Below, piece after piece: positions 10,690 to 22,900 of a stretch of 45,489 bases of DNA. The number at the start of each line of letters is the position of its first letter. Within the stretch, counting starts at the first letter, position 1. Under the pieces are notes generated by a model that searched no databases, was not told the DNA's origin, and was given only the letters and a program-made list of their open reading frames with translations. A program made the position numbers and the translations under genes. Source of the stretch: Octopus bimaculoides. Taxonomy: Eukaryota. The DNA lies in contig NC_068985.1 in assembly GCF_001194135.2 (NCBI RefSeq), positions 77,183,472-77,228,960 of the forward strand, in the 5' to 3' direction.

Positions 10690-12690
10690 TATGGCTCTAG
10701 GCCAGATGTTTCTATCGTTCTCAGTGCTCGTTCTTGCTGCACCACTCGTCATCGGTCTTAAACCAAACTTGCTTTCTTAGTGGCTTTTGACGATTTTCTG
10801 ACATCTTTTCTTTACTTCGCGAATAATCTAAGGTTTTTGAGCATCAAGTGAAACAAATCTTCTAACACCTAAGTCTACAGAAGACATATTGCCTCCAATA
10901 GTTCATTTTCTCAGAGTTCAACTAACTTACTTATTTCTTGTCTTTCCTGAGGAAAGTGTCTTCGATGTTCACTTCTCAGAGAACTATCTGTTCTATATTT
11001 TTTCCATTTTCATTTCCTTGATGGCAAAAGGTGGAAAGTGATATATACCAACAGAATCTACATAAACCTTTCAAGTACCCTTCCATTTTGGATCATGCTT
11101 CTTCTTTACAGTAGCTGGCTTGCAACGTTCACCTTTCCTTCAAAATTTTGTCTTCCTATGCTCCTCTACTTTTGGTCTTCATCGTTGTTAATTCACATTA
11201 CCCACCTCCGATACTTCGTCAGCCAGTAATCTAAGTGCTTAGTAATGCTGTCATGTATATCTGTGCTCCAACTCTAGTGTACAGTTGGACAGAGAGCGCT
11301 TCATCGCTCCAACCTGTCCAACTTTACACAGACCACTCGCTTTTATTTTCCAACGGAAGTTTGCAGGACTAGGAAGAATGCCGAAGACGGGGCGAATTAG
11401 AAAACTGATTCTGGCTGGTTCCCATGACCGCGGTACACTATTCCTGTTGGTTACATTGTACCAACTCAACGCAGCAGCTTTTTGACTGTTCTTTCTTTAC
11501 CTGGTTGGCTACTGCAATCCTTCTCTGCTTCTCGTTCATAGCATGATTTTCAAAGCCTTATCTATTAGTACGTGTGTGGCTCATTATATCCCTATACTTT
11601 AAGGAGTCCACAAACTTCTCCGTTGCATCCGAAGCTATCCACTTTTTCTAGTCCTTATCTCTCTCTCTAGAAGAAAGGATTGGATGACAAAGTCATTTGA
11701 ATGGTGCAGCATCAGTACCGTCCGCACCATATCACATTTGCACTGCTCAACTATTGATGAAATGTGTGTCTCTAATTGCCCTCTATTCCTTTACAAATAC
11801 GTGTTTGCAAGGGCCCATGACATATTTCCAAGTGGGATCGCAAATACCCACTTGCAAATATAGACGTTACGTTTTCATTTTGTTGTAGTATCCTGTGTCA
11901 ATGCAACTTGATAGAATACCAGTGACCACTGCAGTCTGGGGTACAGAGCAAATTGCGAACATCAGAGTTTGAACTTGTTTGGTTGTAATGTTTTATCGAT
12001 AATTCACAGTAATTTTCTGGATTTTGGATACATTAACCCCTATCATTAAGCGGTCCACAATAATGTCCCCTCAGGCTCTTCACAGGCTCCGCTGCTATTG
12101 TTGGTATGACTTTTCCTGTAATCTCATTCTTCACTTATTTCTGTCTCTCCTTGATGAGTGCTGCACTCCGTAACTTTGTTTTAAAACTCATTCTTGTTCA
12201 GCTTATCAGCTCATCCAGTTTTCTCGGTATTCTCACCACTGACTTATCCTTCAAGCCAACAAAGCTACATCATCCTTGAAAACTTTTTTTTATAGAAGTA
12301 GGTTATTCCTTCCATGGACATGGGCCACTCTGCCTCGTTTCTTCCAAGACGTTGAATAGTCCTTTGTGGTAAATCGCATGTATAACTTGCCTTAGTAGTC
12401 TATCCTTAGTTTGCAGACTTCTGGTGAAACCCAGAAGGAGCTCCATGTCATGCTCAAGCAGTTTGTGTCGAACTGATCTAAAATCAGTTGCCAGATTAAG
12501 TCACACAAATGCTAGGTTGTTTTACAGTCTCTTCACTGTCTGCATAGCATCCTAGATCTATGCAACCTAGTACACCTGGGATTCCAGCTTTCTGTACTGC
12601 ACAATCAATATAGCCATTATCTACCAAATATGCCATAGCCCATCTAACAACAACGGCAAGCAATATTTTCCCATTTACATTTTGCTGGGA
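10690..12690 (-). mobile_element. Decayed R2-superfamily non-LTR retrotransposon, Hero-like
   Basis: Minus-strand peptides in the expected order: AVQKAGIPGVLGCI, NLAFV*LNLATDFRSVRHKL, RKLDELIS*TRMSFK, IPTIAAEPVKSL, KFKL*CSQFALYPRLQWSL, RKKWIASDA, EPARISFLIRPVFGILPSPAN. Many stops and frameshifts. Clade assigned from recalled motifs. Confidence 0.7.
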
Positions 12691-12762
12691 ACTTAGCTTA
12701 AACTGGTTAAGAGTTGAGGAGTTCTGCTCTTTGGGAAGGTAGATACATTGTTACTGTTTAAC

Positions 12763-12767
12763 GACAC

Positions 12768-12843
<76 letters not shown>
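12763..12843. repeat. (CA)n microsatellite running into a gap
   Basis: Direct reading. Confidence 0.95.
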
Positions 12844-13559
12844 NNNNNNNNNNNNNNNNNNNNNNNNNNNNNNNNNNNNNNNNNNNNNNNNNNNNNNNNN
12901 NNNNNNNNNNNNNNNNNNNNNNNNNNNNNNNNNNNNNNNNNNNNNNNNNNNNNNNNNNNNNNNNNNNNNNNNNNNNNNNNNNNNNNNNNNNNNNNNNNNN
13001 NNNNNNNNNNNNNNNNNNNNNNNNNNNNNNNNNNNNNNNNNNNNNNNNNNNNNNNNNNNNNNNNNNNNNNNNNNNNNNNNNNNNNNNNNNNNNNNNNNNN
13101 NNNNNNNNNNNNNNNNNNNNNNNNNNNNNNNGAAAAAAGCAAATAAAACGAAGCTATGGAAATTAAATACGCTTTACACCGCTTAATCAGCCAAAGGAGT
13201 AAATGTAAACAACTGAATACTTGTCAGTGATTGGTTGAAATTATCGAAATAAGACAATTTTTTACATGAAATAAATTCGAATACAAAAATATTTTTCTGT
13301 TCTATAACACAAAATAGATAAGTATACGAAGTTTGAAAGTCTTTCGGTACCAAAAACACTACGTAAAACATTAATGAAAAATGTGGCCCCCGTTTTAAAA
13401 AAGATCCGAATAAAGTTATATTCTCATTCTAACTAGGCCAAGTTGATATATGTAAATAAACTAAGAAAGATATTTAAAAGCTTGGACGAGGATGTTATAT
13501 CGAAATACAGATTTATAGTTATATAATGCTATTAGGGCATATTGATTAACAGAGATAAG

Positions 13560-13750
13560 TAAACATCTTGAAAGACTGATTTCCACAGAATGTTGACTTT
13601 GCTGTTTATTAATAAGATTCGTACTCTCACATAATGTTTCAAGGAACTCTCTGCTACACATATTGCATGCAATCGGCTACATCGGTAAGATCCTCTAATA
13701 ATAGATCGGATTATATAAAAATTGTTATTCGCCTTGAATTGAGGGATATA
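13560..13750 (-). mobile_element. Penelope-like element relic, C-terminal GIY-YIG region
   Basis: Minus-strand CNMCSREFLETLCESTNLINKQ resembles the Penelope C-terminal CxLCxxEK...NLLNKR motif. Confidence 0.4.
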
Positions 13751-14419
13751 ATTTACAAACAAAGTGAAAGGTTTGCGCGTAATAGAAAATTTATATAGCA
13801 CATCTATATTCGACATTATATCGCATGGAATCACCACCCAAGGACAGATTGTTAAGTATTCTACATTTACATTTATTTATATCACGTGGAAAAATGCCAT
13901 TAACACTAATAATTTTGTTACTATTATTCATATTGTTCTCGATTCTATCAATATTGCTGTCAAACATACCAATACAATCATTATTACTGTTATTATTCTT
14001 ATAATTGTTATGAACATCAATACAATTATCTTTGATATATTTACAATTAGGAATGTTAATATTATTTTATTACTGCACTTAAAATAGTTATCATAGTTAC
14101 AGATGTTTTTGTTCTTACGTAATATTATAATAGCAATTATTCTGATATATCTTACATGTGAGAAAACACAATATGTACTTCATCAGTTACGCTGGGGGAA
14201 AGAAGAGTAGAACAACAAACGAAGTGAGAGTGGGTGACAGTCAGAGACGCTAAAAATAGGCCAGCTAAATTCAAATACGTTGCTCTGAAGACGCTTGTTA
14301 TTTTAACCAAAATAAAATTGTAAATTTTTATCGTAAATTGTACTTATCAGTTTATCAGTTTCACACACACATACACATACATACACACACACAGACATAT
14401 ATATACACACACCCTTCTC

Positions 14420-14590
14420 ACTAATCGTTAAGAACTTAGCTAAATCAGTCTTTAATATACTGGACACCAACTTCCCTCGTCAACATAAATATTACCCTAT
14501 CTTTAATAGATCTACCATGAAGCTATCCTATTCCACCCCACCGAACTTCGAGTCTATCATAGTAGCCTCTAATAAACAAAAGCTTTCTTT
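14420..14590 (+). mobile_element. Penelope-like element relic, RT-endonuclease linker
   Basis: KNLAKSVFNILDTNFPRQHKYYPIFNRSTMKLSYSTPPNFESII matches the Penelope pattern F..LIDKHFP..H.L..IFNRNT.K.SYS..PN...II. Confidence 0.65.
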
Positions 14591-15084
14591 CTACTATCAA
14601 AACTCACACTATAACAACTGTGAATACACGAGCCCCCAACATATACACAGCTCCAGCATTGAACACCATACGTTAGATCACAACCATAACCCAACCTATC
14701 CTACTAACACTATCTAGAATACTACCACAATTGCCATCACCGTTACAGATAGAGTAATTAACAACAACTATAGTAATAATAACGATAATAGTAATAACAA
14801 TACTAATAACTTTCTTCCCTCATCTCTAACCTCTCCTCTGACATTATTACCTCCTCTATTCCTGAAAATAATCCACAAAATACACTCACTTGTAATTGCC
14901 GTCCTGGGTCCATCTGCCCTCTACAAACCCATCTATTTTTTATTTATTATTTCTTCTTGCGTTATTTTTCTTGCGTTATTTCTTCTTATTCCTTATGTTT
15001 GACGGATTATGTTGTATTTCTTATATATGTTCATTGAGGGAGTGTGATTTGTTGAGTCGTTAACCCAGTCTTTTTATTCTATAA

Positions 15085-15087
<3 letters not shown>

Positions 15088-15175
<88 letters not shown>
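15088..15175. repeat. (TA)n(TG)n microsatellite
   Basis: Direct reading. Confidence 0.95.
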
Positions 15176-16944
15176 NNNNNNNNNNNNNNNNNNNNNNNNN
15201 NNNNNNNNNNNNNNNNNNNNNNNNNNNNNNNNNNNNNNNNNNNNNNNNNNNNNNNNNNNNNNNNNNNNNNNNNNNNNNNNNNNNNNNNNNNNNNNNNNNN
15301 NNNNNNNNNNNNNNNNNNNNNNNNNNNNNNNNNNNNNNNNNNNNNNNNNNNNNNNNNNNNNNNNNNNNNNNNNNNNNNNNNNNNNNNNNNNNNNNNNNNN
15401 NNNNNNNNNNNNNNNNNNNNNNNNNNNNNNNNNNNNNNNNNNNNNNNNNNNNNNNNNNNNNNNNNNNNNNNNNNNNNNNNNNNNNNNNNNNNNNNNNNNN
15501 NNNNNNNNNNNNNNNNNNNNNNNNNNNNNNNNNNNNNNNNNNNNNNNNNNNNNNNNNNNNNNNNNNNNNNNNNNNNNNNNNNNNNNNNNNNNNNNNNNNN
15601 NNNNNNNNNAGGTTAGCTGAGTTAGAGGTTAAAATAACCGTCTAAAGAATAGAAGTATCCACTATACTACCGGTATATTACCTATGTTTAACCATGGGCA
15701 TAAATCATAGGTAAAAACAATGATAAACATGAGTTTATCAAGAATCAAAATTTAAAGAAAACAGAAAATTGAGAAATATTGATGAACAATTGTATGTATG
15801 TATGTATGTATGTATGTATGTATGTATCTATCTATCTATCTATCTATTTATCTATCTCAGAGTCATTCATCCACTCTATCTATATATCTATCCAACTGTG
15901 TACCCATCCATATATTCATCTCTTTATCACTCTCTACTTGATATAAATTTTCGCCTAAATGTTCTCGTTTATGAAAAATAGTTTCTTCCTTCCCTTCTTC
16001 TCTTCTTCAACTTATTTGCTAGAGTACGCATTTGTGTTACTGTTTTTTATTTTATTGTTGTTGCTGTTGTATTTATGATTATGGTTACGAGTAGATATTT
16101 TGTAGTGCTACTCATCAACCATATCAACAACAATAAATACACACACACACATACACATAGAGGCATACACACTCTCACACTTGCGCGGGGACGACACCAT
16201 CCTAACGTCTGAAATATAAACGCAGATTAAATCTTTAGAGAGAAGGTAGCCGCATAAAAATTTACCTGCTCTTCCTATCAATCACTAATTTACAATGAGA
16301 AAATTTTATTACTCAAAAGACATTTTTTGCACTTCACTGATTTTTAGGTTAAAATATCTAGTTTCTTAATCTTTGTTCTCAGGTTTTTGTTACTATTACC
16401 AAGGCTCCAAGAAAAACCGCCTGTATCACAATACTCTGTCTGCAGTACTCTAGGATATCACACTTCAGGTTGGTGTAACATTCTATATTATACTTTTTCC
16501 ATTTGATTTCAAAATTCCGTGTTAGATGAGAATGCATAGTTTCTTCGACGACTAAGATATCTATCCTGTTCTGTTCTGTTCTGTTCTTTCAATTCTTTTA
16601 TAGAAAAGTCTCACAAGCTCGCTTCATTGTTTACAAGGACTAGCGGTTCTATTCCCTGTCCTCCATGTCTTGGACCCTTTGGTCAATAAAAGAAATTATT
16701 ATTATTGTTAACAGAGTTGTGTTTATTTTCGATAATTATCGAAGTTTTGCTGACGTCGGTCAATGAATTTCATGTGGAGCAGTTAAGTATCATCGGTTTG
16801 TGTTTATATGTCTTTAGTGAAGTTATCACCACAGTTTGAAAGATACTTCTTCTACTTAAAAAAACCTTCTAATAACAAGAAACCGGCTGTAGAAATATTC
16901 TCCGTTTCAAATGAAACTGAAATGAAACCTTTTTGCTATGTATG

Positions 16945-16964
16945 TTCTATTTTCTTATTTACAG
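16945..16964 (+). promoter_or_regulatory. Splice acceptor 19 nt upstream of the gene 2 ATG
   Basis: TTCTATTTTCTTATTTACAG|ACAAC, homologous to 3846-3870. Confidence 0.7.
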
Positions 16965-16983
16965 ACAACTTAATATTGCTGCC

Positions 16984-19197
16984 ATGCAGATAACAACAAC
17001 AACAACCAGTCTTCTTATTCTTTCAATCACCATTATTACCACATTGGCATCGCTAAAAGTAGATGCGAAAGAACTCGGACATAATTGTACAACTACAATT
17101 TCTCCCAATGTCAGCAAGAGTTTAAATCGTTTAGTAAAATCAGGCAGAAAGGTTTTCAATTTTGAAGTCCATGTATCTGATAAAAGACTTGATGATTTTC
17201 TGAAGCCTGTACCACTGAATTATTTTGCAAATGCTAGGCATTTCTCGTGGATTCCAAATAAACCTGACGGTTTAAATGCGTATAAAAATGTTCCCTATGA
17301 CTTTCCACTTTACTCTCTTAATTTATTAGATGCGTATATCGCTACTCCAAGCATCAATATCGATATAAATTGTGCAAAACAAAATATTCGTAGATACGAT
17401 GTAATACATTTGATTTTCGAGGAACTGAAGAGAATTGTATTTACCGATGAATTACAAATGGGAGAATCTGGATACATGTGTTTTTTTATCAGTTTGTTAC
17501 ACGAAGTGAAGAAGAACAGTCCTTATGCGTTTCTAGCTTACAGAAGATTGGGTATGAATCGAAAGATACTGAAGAACTACTGCTGTGAATTACATAAAAA
17601 TGAAAGCTATGTTTATCAAGCGAAATCCATTTGTTCTGGAAATATCATTGATAACAGTTCATTTAATAATTATGCAAATATCGTCGGAGCAATTTTGTGG
17701 GCATTTTCCCCATTGTTTATTCGTTTTACATCAAAAGCTGAAATACCTTCATATTCCCATCAGTTCAATCTAGTCCAATTTGCTCACGATGAATTTTTAT
17801 TTAGAATTAAATACACGTTACCAAACAAATCAGAATGGATTAATGAAAAACATAGTATTTACAGTTTCTCTCATTTTGTATCTTGGTTATTTTGTTTTCA
17901 CCATTCCACGTTCTTTGCTTCAAGATTAAGAAGATTCATTCTTATTCTGTTTTCTCTTTCAGTTATTTTCTTGTGTATTTTAATGCATTATTTTTTTTTA
18001 TATGAAACGGTGACAATACTTGTACAAGATCGTATTCCATTGGGTTATCGTGCCTTAATACTAGGAATCTCAGAAAGCTATGAAAATACAGATGGTTTTC
18101 TCGGGGGTCCCTTAGTTTGTGTTATTGGCTACATATTTTTAAGCTGCATTGTCTTCATTCTTCCCAGTCGGTTAAGTGAGACTATCGCTTATAGTACATT
18201 ACATCAAAGATCCACTTGTACGTTTCTAATTCAAAATATCAAATTATTAAACAACTATGGGAATTTAAATGTTTCTACACTTCAAAATTATGATCTACTT
18301 TATGCAATAATGAAAGCTAACATTTCTACTGCTTTAAATCCAAATTTCTGGTGTTTAATAATATATACTTGGATTAAACGTTTACAAAAAATTTGGTTTT
18401 ATTACTACGAGAGAAATATTTTTAGCCAATTCATATTACTTTGGATCTATATTGCGATTACAATTTTATTTGCTGTATTTTCTATCTGTGAACTACTTCT
18501 GTGCCTCGTTTATTACGGAATTCCAACTGTTTATTTGATTTTTACATTACCATTAAGTTACTTCAAAGTATATATTTTCCCTCTGTATGTAAAAAATAAT
18601 TATTTTTTCATGATTATTGCTGTAATTGTATCGTTTTTATCATTTCCATTTTTTACATTATGGGTACTTTATTCAAGCTACGTGTTTCTAATGAGTTTTC
18701 AAATCATTTGTAGATATATATTTTCAATAGCTATCGCAATGCTTGCTAAACCTGATGCTGTTGGTGATGTATGGTTTGTTGCCATGTTTTTCTTCTACGG
18801 GTCTGCTGTTATGAGTACTATTCTGAAACAGTACCACACTATCCTGCTTGAAACTATAAAGTTAACCAAAACTCTTCGTCCAAGTTTAGTTCAGTCAAAA
18901 TATGGAGAGGAATTCATTAATGCCAAACTGTTCAAAGTAATCGTTAACAATCATTATCCTTTGAGACACGAGATTGGTAAATCCATTGTAAAACTATTTC
19001 TGGTCGTATCTTTTTTCTTTGCTTGTAACAATATAATAAGTCAACACGACTTGGATCTATCAGCATCCACAAAGATTGCATTATTGTTGATGACGACTAT
19101 GATACCAAAATCATTATCGATAATCAATACTAAATTTCATTTTGATATATTCCTGTCAAGTGAAATTATTGACACAATTAATGTATTTGAAGAATGA
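16984..19197 (+). CDS. Uncharacterised multi-pass membrane protein, paralog 2 (737 aa)
   Basis: Uninterrupted ORF, roughly two-thirds identical by eye to paralog 1. It has invariant blocks (ISPNVSKSLNRLVKSG, ILKNYCCELHKNES, LPSRLSETIAYSTLHQRSTCTFLIQNI, KIWFYYYERNIFSQFILLW) and runs of synonymous differences. Confidence 0.9.
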   Translation: MQITTTTTSLLILSITIITTLASLKVDAKELGHNCTTTISPNVSKSLNRLVKSGRKVFNFEVHVSDKRLDDFLKPVPLNYFANARHFSWIPNKPDGLNAYKNVPYDFPLYSLNLLDAYIATPSINIDINCAKQNIRRYDVIHLIFEELKRIVFTDELQMGESGYMCFFISLLHEVKKNSPYAFLAYRRLGMNRKILKNYCCELHKNESYVYQAKSICSGNIIDNSSFNNYANIVGAILWAFSPLFIRFTSKAEIPSYSHQFNLVQFAHDEFLFRIKYTLPNKSEWINEKHSIYSFSHFVSWLFCFHHSTFFASRLRRFILILFSLSVIFLCILMHYFFLYETVTILVQDRIPLGYRALILGISESYENTDGFLGGPLVCVIGYIFLSCIVFILPSRLSETIAYSTLHQRSTCTFLIQNIKLLNNYGNLNVSTLQNYDLLYAIMKANISTALNPNFWCLIIYTWIKRLQKIWFYYYERNIFSQFILLWIYIAITILFAVFSICELLLCLVYYGIPTVYLIFTLPLSYFKVYIFPLYVKNNYFFMIIAVIVSFLSFPFFTLWVLYSSYVFLMSFQIICRYIFSIAIAMLAKPDAVGDVWFVAMFFFYGSAVMSTILKQYHTILLETIKLTKTLRPSLVQSKYGEEFINAKLFKVIVNNHYPLRHEIGKSIVKLFLVVSFFFACNNIISQHDLDLSASTKIALLLMTTMIPKSLSIINTKFHFDIFLSSEIIDTINVFEE

Positions 19198-19299
19198 AAT
19201 ATATCGAAGAGCAGTTTATAAAATTTTTAGCTTCGCCTAAAAAATCCCTTATAAGAATCTTTAACTATTTTAATAAGTAAAACTAGTGCAGACACCGGA

Positions 19300-19432
19300 C
19301 GGACATACACGCACACACACACACGCACACATGCACGCACGCACGCACGTACGTACGTACGTATATATGTATGTATGTATGTGTGTATGTATGTATGTAT
19401 GTATGTATGTATGTATGTATGTATGTATGTAT
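19300..19432. repeat. Compound (CA)/(GCAC)/(GTAT)n microsatellite
   Basis: Direct reading. Confidence 0.9.
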
Positions 19433-19659
19433 GTCAGGTCGCTCTTATGTGCTACTGGTAACATGTAACCCAGTACAACCTGTTGCACGATCGGGTCGTC
19501 GGCGACTAAACCGGCAACCTCACCAACCTTATTTGGTGAGGATGGTGACTGTTGGACACCCTGCGGGATAAAAAGCAAAACCCGTCAAAGGGCGGAAGAA
19601 CTCAGAAGAGTCAACGGCCATTCAATAAAGTATGTAAAGTTGTGTGCGTGTATTTTGTG

Positions 19660-19703
<44 letters not shown>

Positions 19704-19929
19704 TCATGTGTGTATTTTTTTAATGAACTTTTATCAATAATTTTATGTATGTGATGTGCATGGCAATTTTTGTTTCTTTGATAAATGTATATATCTTTTA
19801 TATTTTTATTTGTATTTATATTTTTTTTATCATGTTCAGTGTATATAATGGTGTGTATTCATTATTACTAACTTTGTGGCTGTTAATGTGTGTCTCTGTG
19901 TGTGTCGGTGTGAGTGCATGGAAAACCCC

Positions 19930-22900
19930 TACGATGGGCGGATAGTAGCTCTTTAGTCTTGAATGACAAGCTGTCTAGGAGAAGGATACTCCGAAATTAA
20001 ACCTTAAGTCTCAATGAACATCCATTGATGAGGATCTATTCCTTTTTATGGGTTATGCTTTTGGTACTTAGAGAGTGGGATTTGGTGAGTGCAAGCTCTC
20101 TCCTTACTTCAAAAAGTTTCTGGCATCGGTATTGCTTTAGCAAATTTTGCTTAAGTTATACGAGCTCAGTAAATGGGGCTGGTTGTAGCCCGAAAAAATG
20201 GCTTAAATGCAATTATGAGATCCATAAGCTATGAAAATGTAAATGACAAAAAGGGCTTGGGATCCAGAGATGAACAGGTCTGGCCCAGCAGGTGCCCCAG
20301 TGTACCGCGGCCTGGGCTCGGTCGTCGTTCTGCCCCTGCGTTTAGCAACAGCAACAGACAAGTTTCCATGAATATTGGATGCTGAAATGTAAGAACATTA
20401 TTAGATTCAAAATCAAATTAAAGATACCCAGAGAGAAAGTCTGCTCTTATTGGTATGGTGATGCAAAAGTATGCAATAGACATTGTAGTATTATCAGAGG
20501 CTAGATTGCTTGGGAAAGGTAACTTTACTGAGAAATCCAGTGGCTACACATTTTATTGGAGTGAGAAAGAAGAAAAAGAAAATTACAAAAAAGTAAGTTG
20601 CGTTGCTTTTGCTCTGAAAACCTCCTTGGTTGATAAGTTAGAGGAATTGCCATGTTGCCCTCAAGAAAAGGTAGGTATGTAACACTTGTTAGTGTTTATG
20701 CACCAACTATGAATGCAAGTGAAAATGAAAAGCTTTCCTTTTATGATGTGCTGAAAGAAAATACCCGCAAAATTCCACACAAGGATGCGATAATCATACT
20801 GGGCGATTCTAATGCTAGAATTGGTAAAGATCATGAGATATGGGGTGTGATTGGAAGACACGGGGTGGGAAATTGTAACAACAATGGCTTACTTTTGTTA
20901 CAGATGTTTTCTGAGCTAAATCTATTTATTAGGAGCAGTGCTTTTCAGCAAAAAGATAAATTCAAAACTAGATGGAAGCACCCCGGTTCAAAACAATGGC
21001 ACCTGATAGACTGTATGATAACTAGAAAGCGAGATAAGGAGAATTTATGTATAATCTGGGTTATGCGAGGAGCAGAATGTTGGACAGATCATCGCTTGGT
21101 TCGTGGGAAGATCAAGTTTAAAGTGAAACCAAAAAGTAGACAAAGTGGCACTGGCATCTCTAAACATCTGAATGGGAATTTCCTTAAGGATAAAACAGTT
21201 AGAGTAGAATTTCATCAGAAGATCAAAAATTTGGATTGGCCAGATGAGTGGATGGACTTCAGAGGACAACTATACAATTTAAGTAAAGAAGCTTTAAGAA
21301 GAAAGAAGAAAAAACATCAAGATTGGTTTGATGAAAGTGATGGAAATATTCAACATATGTTGGAAGGAAAAAGAAAGGCATTGCATTCATTACTAGCAAA
21401 TAATTCTGATCAAAATAGAGCTTTTTTTCAAAGAGATAAAAGCAGATGTGCAAAGAAAGATTTGAAGCATGCAGGTGGCAGAAGAAAGCAGAAGAGATAG
21501 AGGCTGCTTCCAATGTTAAGAACACTAAGTTATTATATACTCTCCTTCATGAGGTGTATGGGCCATCATTTCCTACTTTGGCTCATGTGAAGAATAGTAA
21601 TGGTGTTTTATCGAGGGAGCCCAAAGACATCTTAAAACGATGGGAGAAACATTTCAATGAACTTCTGAATCGACCATCAGTTGTTGATGAAAAAAGTATT
21701 GATATGATTCCACAGAATGCACCTATTGAGTGCTTAAATGACACTCCGTCAGTGGAGGAAACAATACAAGCAGTACCAAAGCTGAACAATGGCAAAGCAC
21801 CGGAAGTTGATAGCTTGAATATAGAACTATTTGAGTTTGGGAGGTGGGGTATTACTTGCTAGAAATGCTGACAGCAGTAATATAAAAGATATGGAAAAAT
21901 GAAGTTATGTCAAAAGACTGGAAGGATGCAGTCATGGAAGTTGTGTTCAGGGGTAAGGGACAAAAGGATGGATGCCATAACTTTCGTGGTATTTGCCTGC
22001 TTGCTACAACCGGCAAAGTTTTATCACGAATAATGTTGGACCGGCTGCAGATGTATATAGCAAATGAGATTCTTCTTGAATCACAGAGTGGATTCAGAAA
22101 TGATAGGGTACTGTTGACATGATCCTCTCTGCACGGCAGTTACTGGAAAAGTGTATGGAACAGAACTTCATCAAGTATTCATTGATCTTACTAAGATTTT
22201 TGACTCTGTCAGTCGAACTGCCTTGTGGGAGATCTTGAGGAGACTTGGAGATAAGTCTTAAAGCAGTTTCATGATGGCATGGAAGTAAGGATCAACATTG
22301 GTGGAAAGCTCTCGGAGCCCATCTCTGTCATGAATGGAGTAAAACAAGGTGACATACTAGCACCCACTCTCTTCACCCTATATTTTACTATAGTTTTTCA
22401 GTTGGCTTTCAAAGGGTCCTATAAAAGCATATATATATATATATATATATATCAGATATCGCACAACAGGAAAAATCTTTAACATCAAAAGACTGTCAGC
22501 TAAGTCAAGGACGTCTTCAACTCTTATTAGAGACCTCCTCTATGCATATTGTGATATTGTCACTGATACTGAAGATGACAAGAAAAATCTTATGAATGCA
22601 ATTTCAAAGGCTTGTGAGGCACTTGGCTGAACCATAAAAATAACCAAAACTGTTGTCATGTTTCAGCCAGCACCAGGAATGCCATACATAGAACCTGGTA
22701 TCTTCGTGTATGGAAGAAAACTTGCTGCGGTTTCTAAGTTTGTTTACTTAGGGAGCACACTAAACACATCAACAAATCTTGATGATTAAGTGTCACTACG
22801 CATTCAGAAAGCCGGTTTTGCTTTTGGCAAACTGGAAGACCGCCTACGGTCTAGACATGGTATTTCCACTACGACAAAGATTTAGGTATACAATACATGT

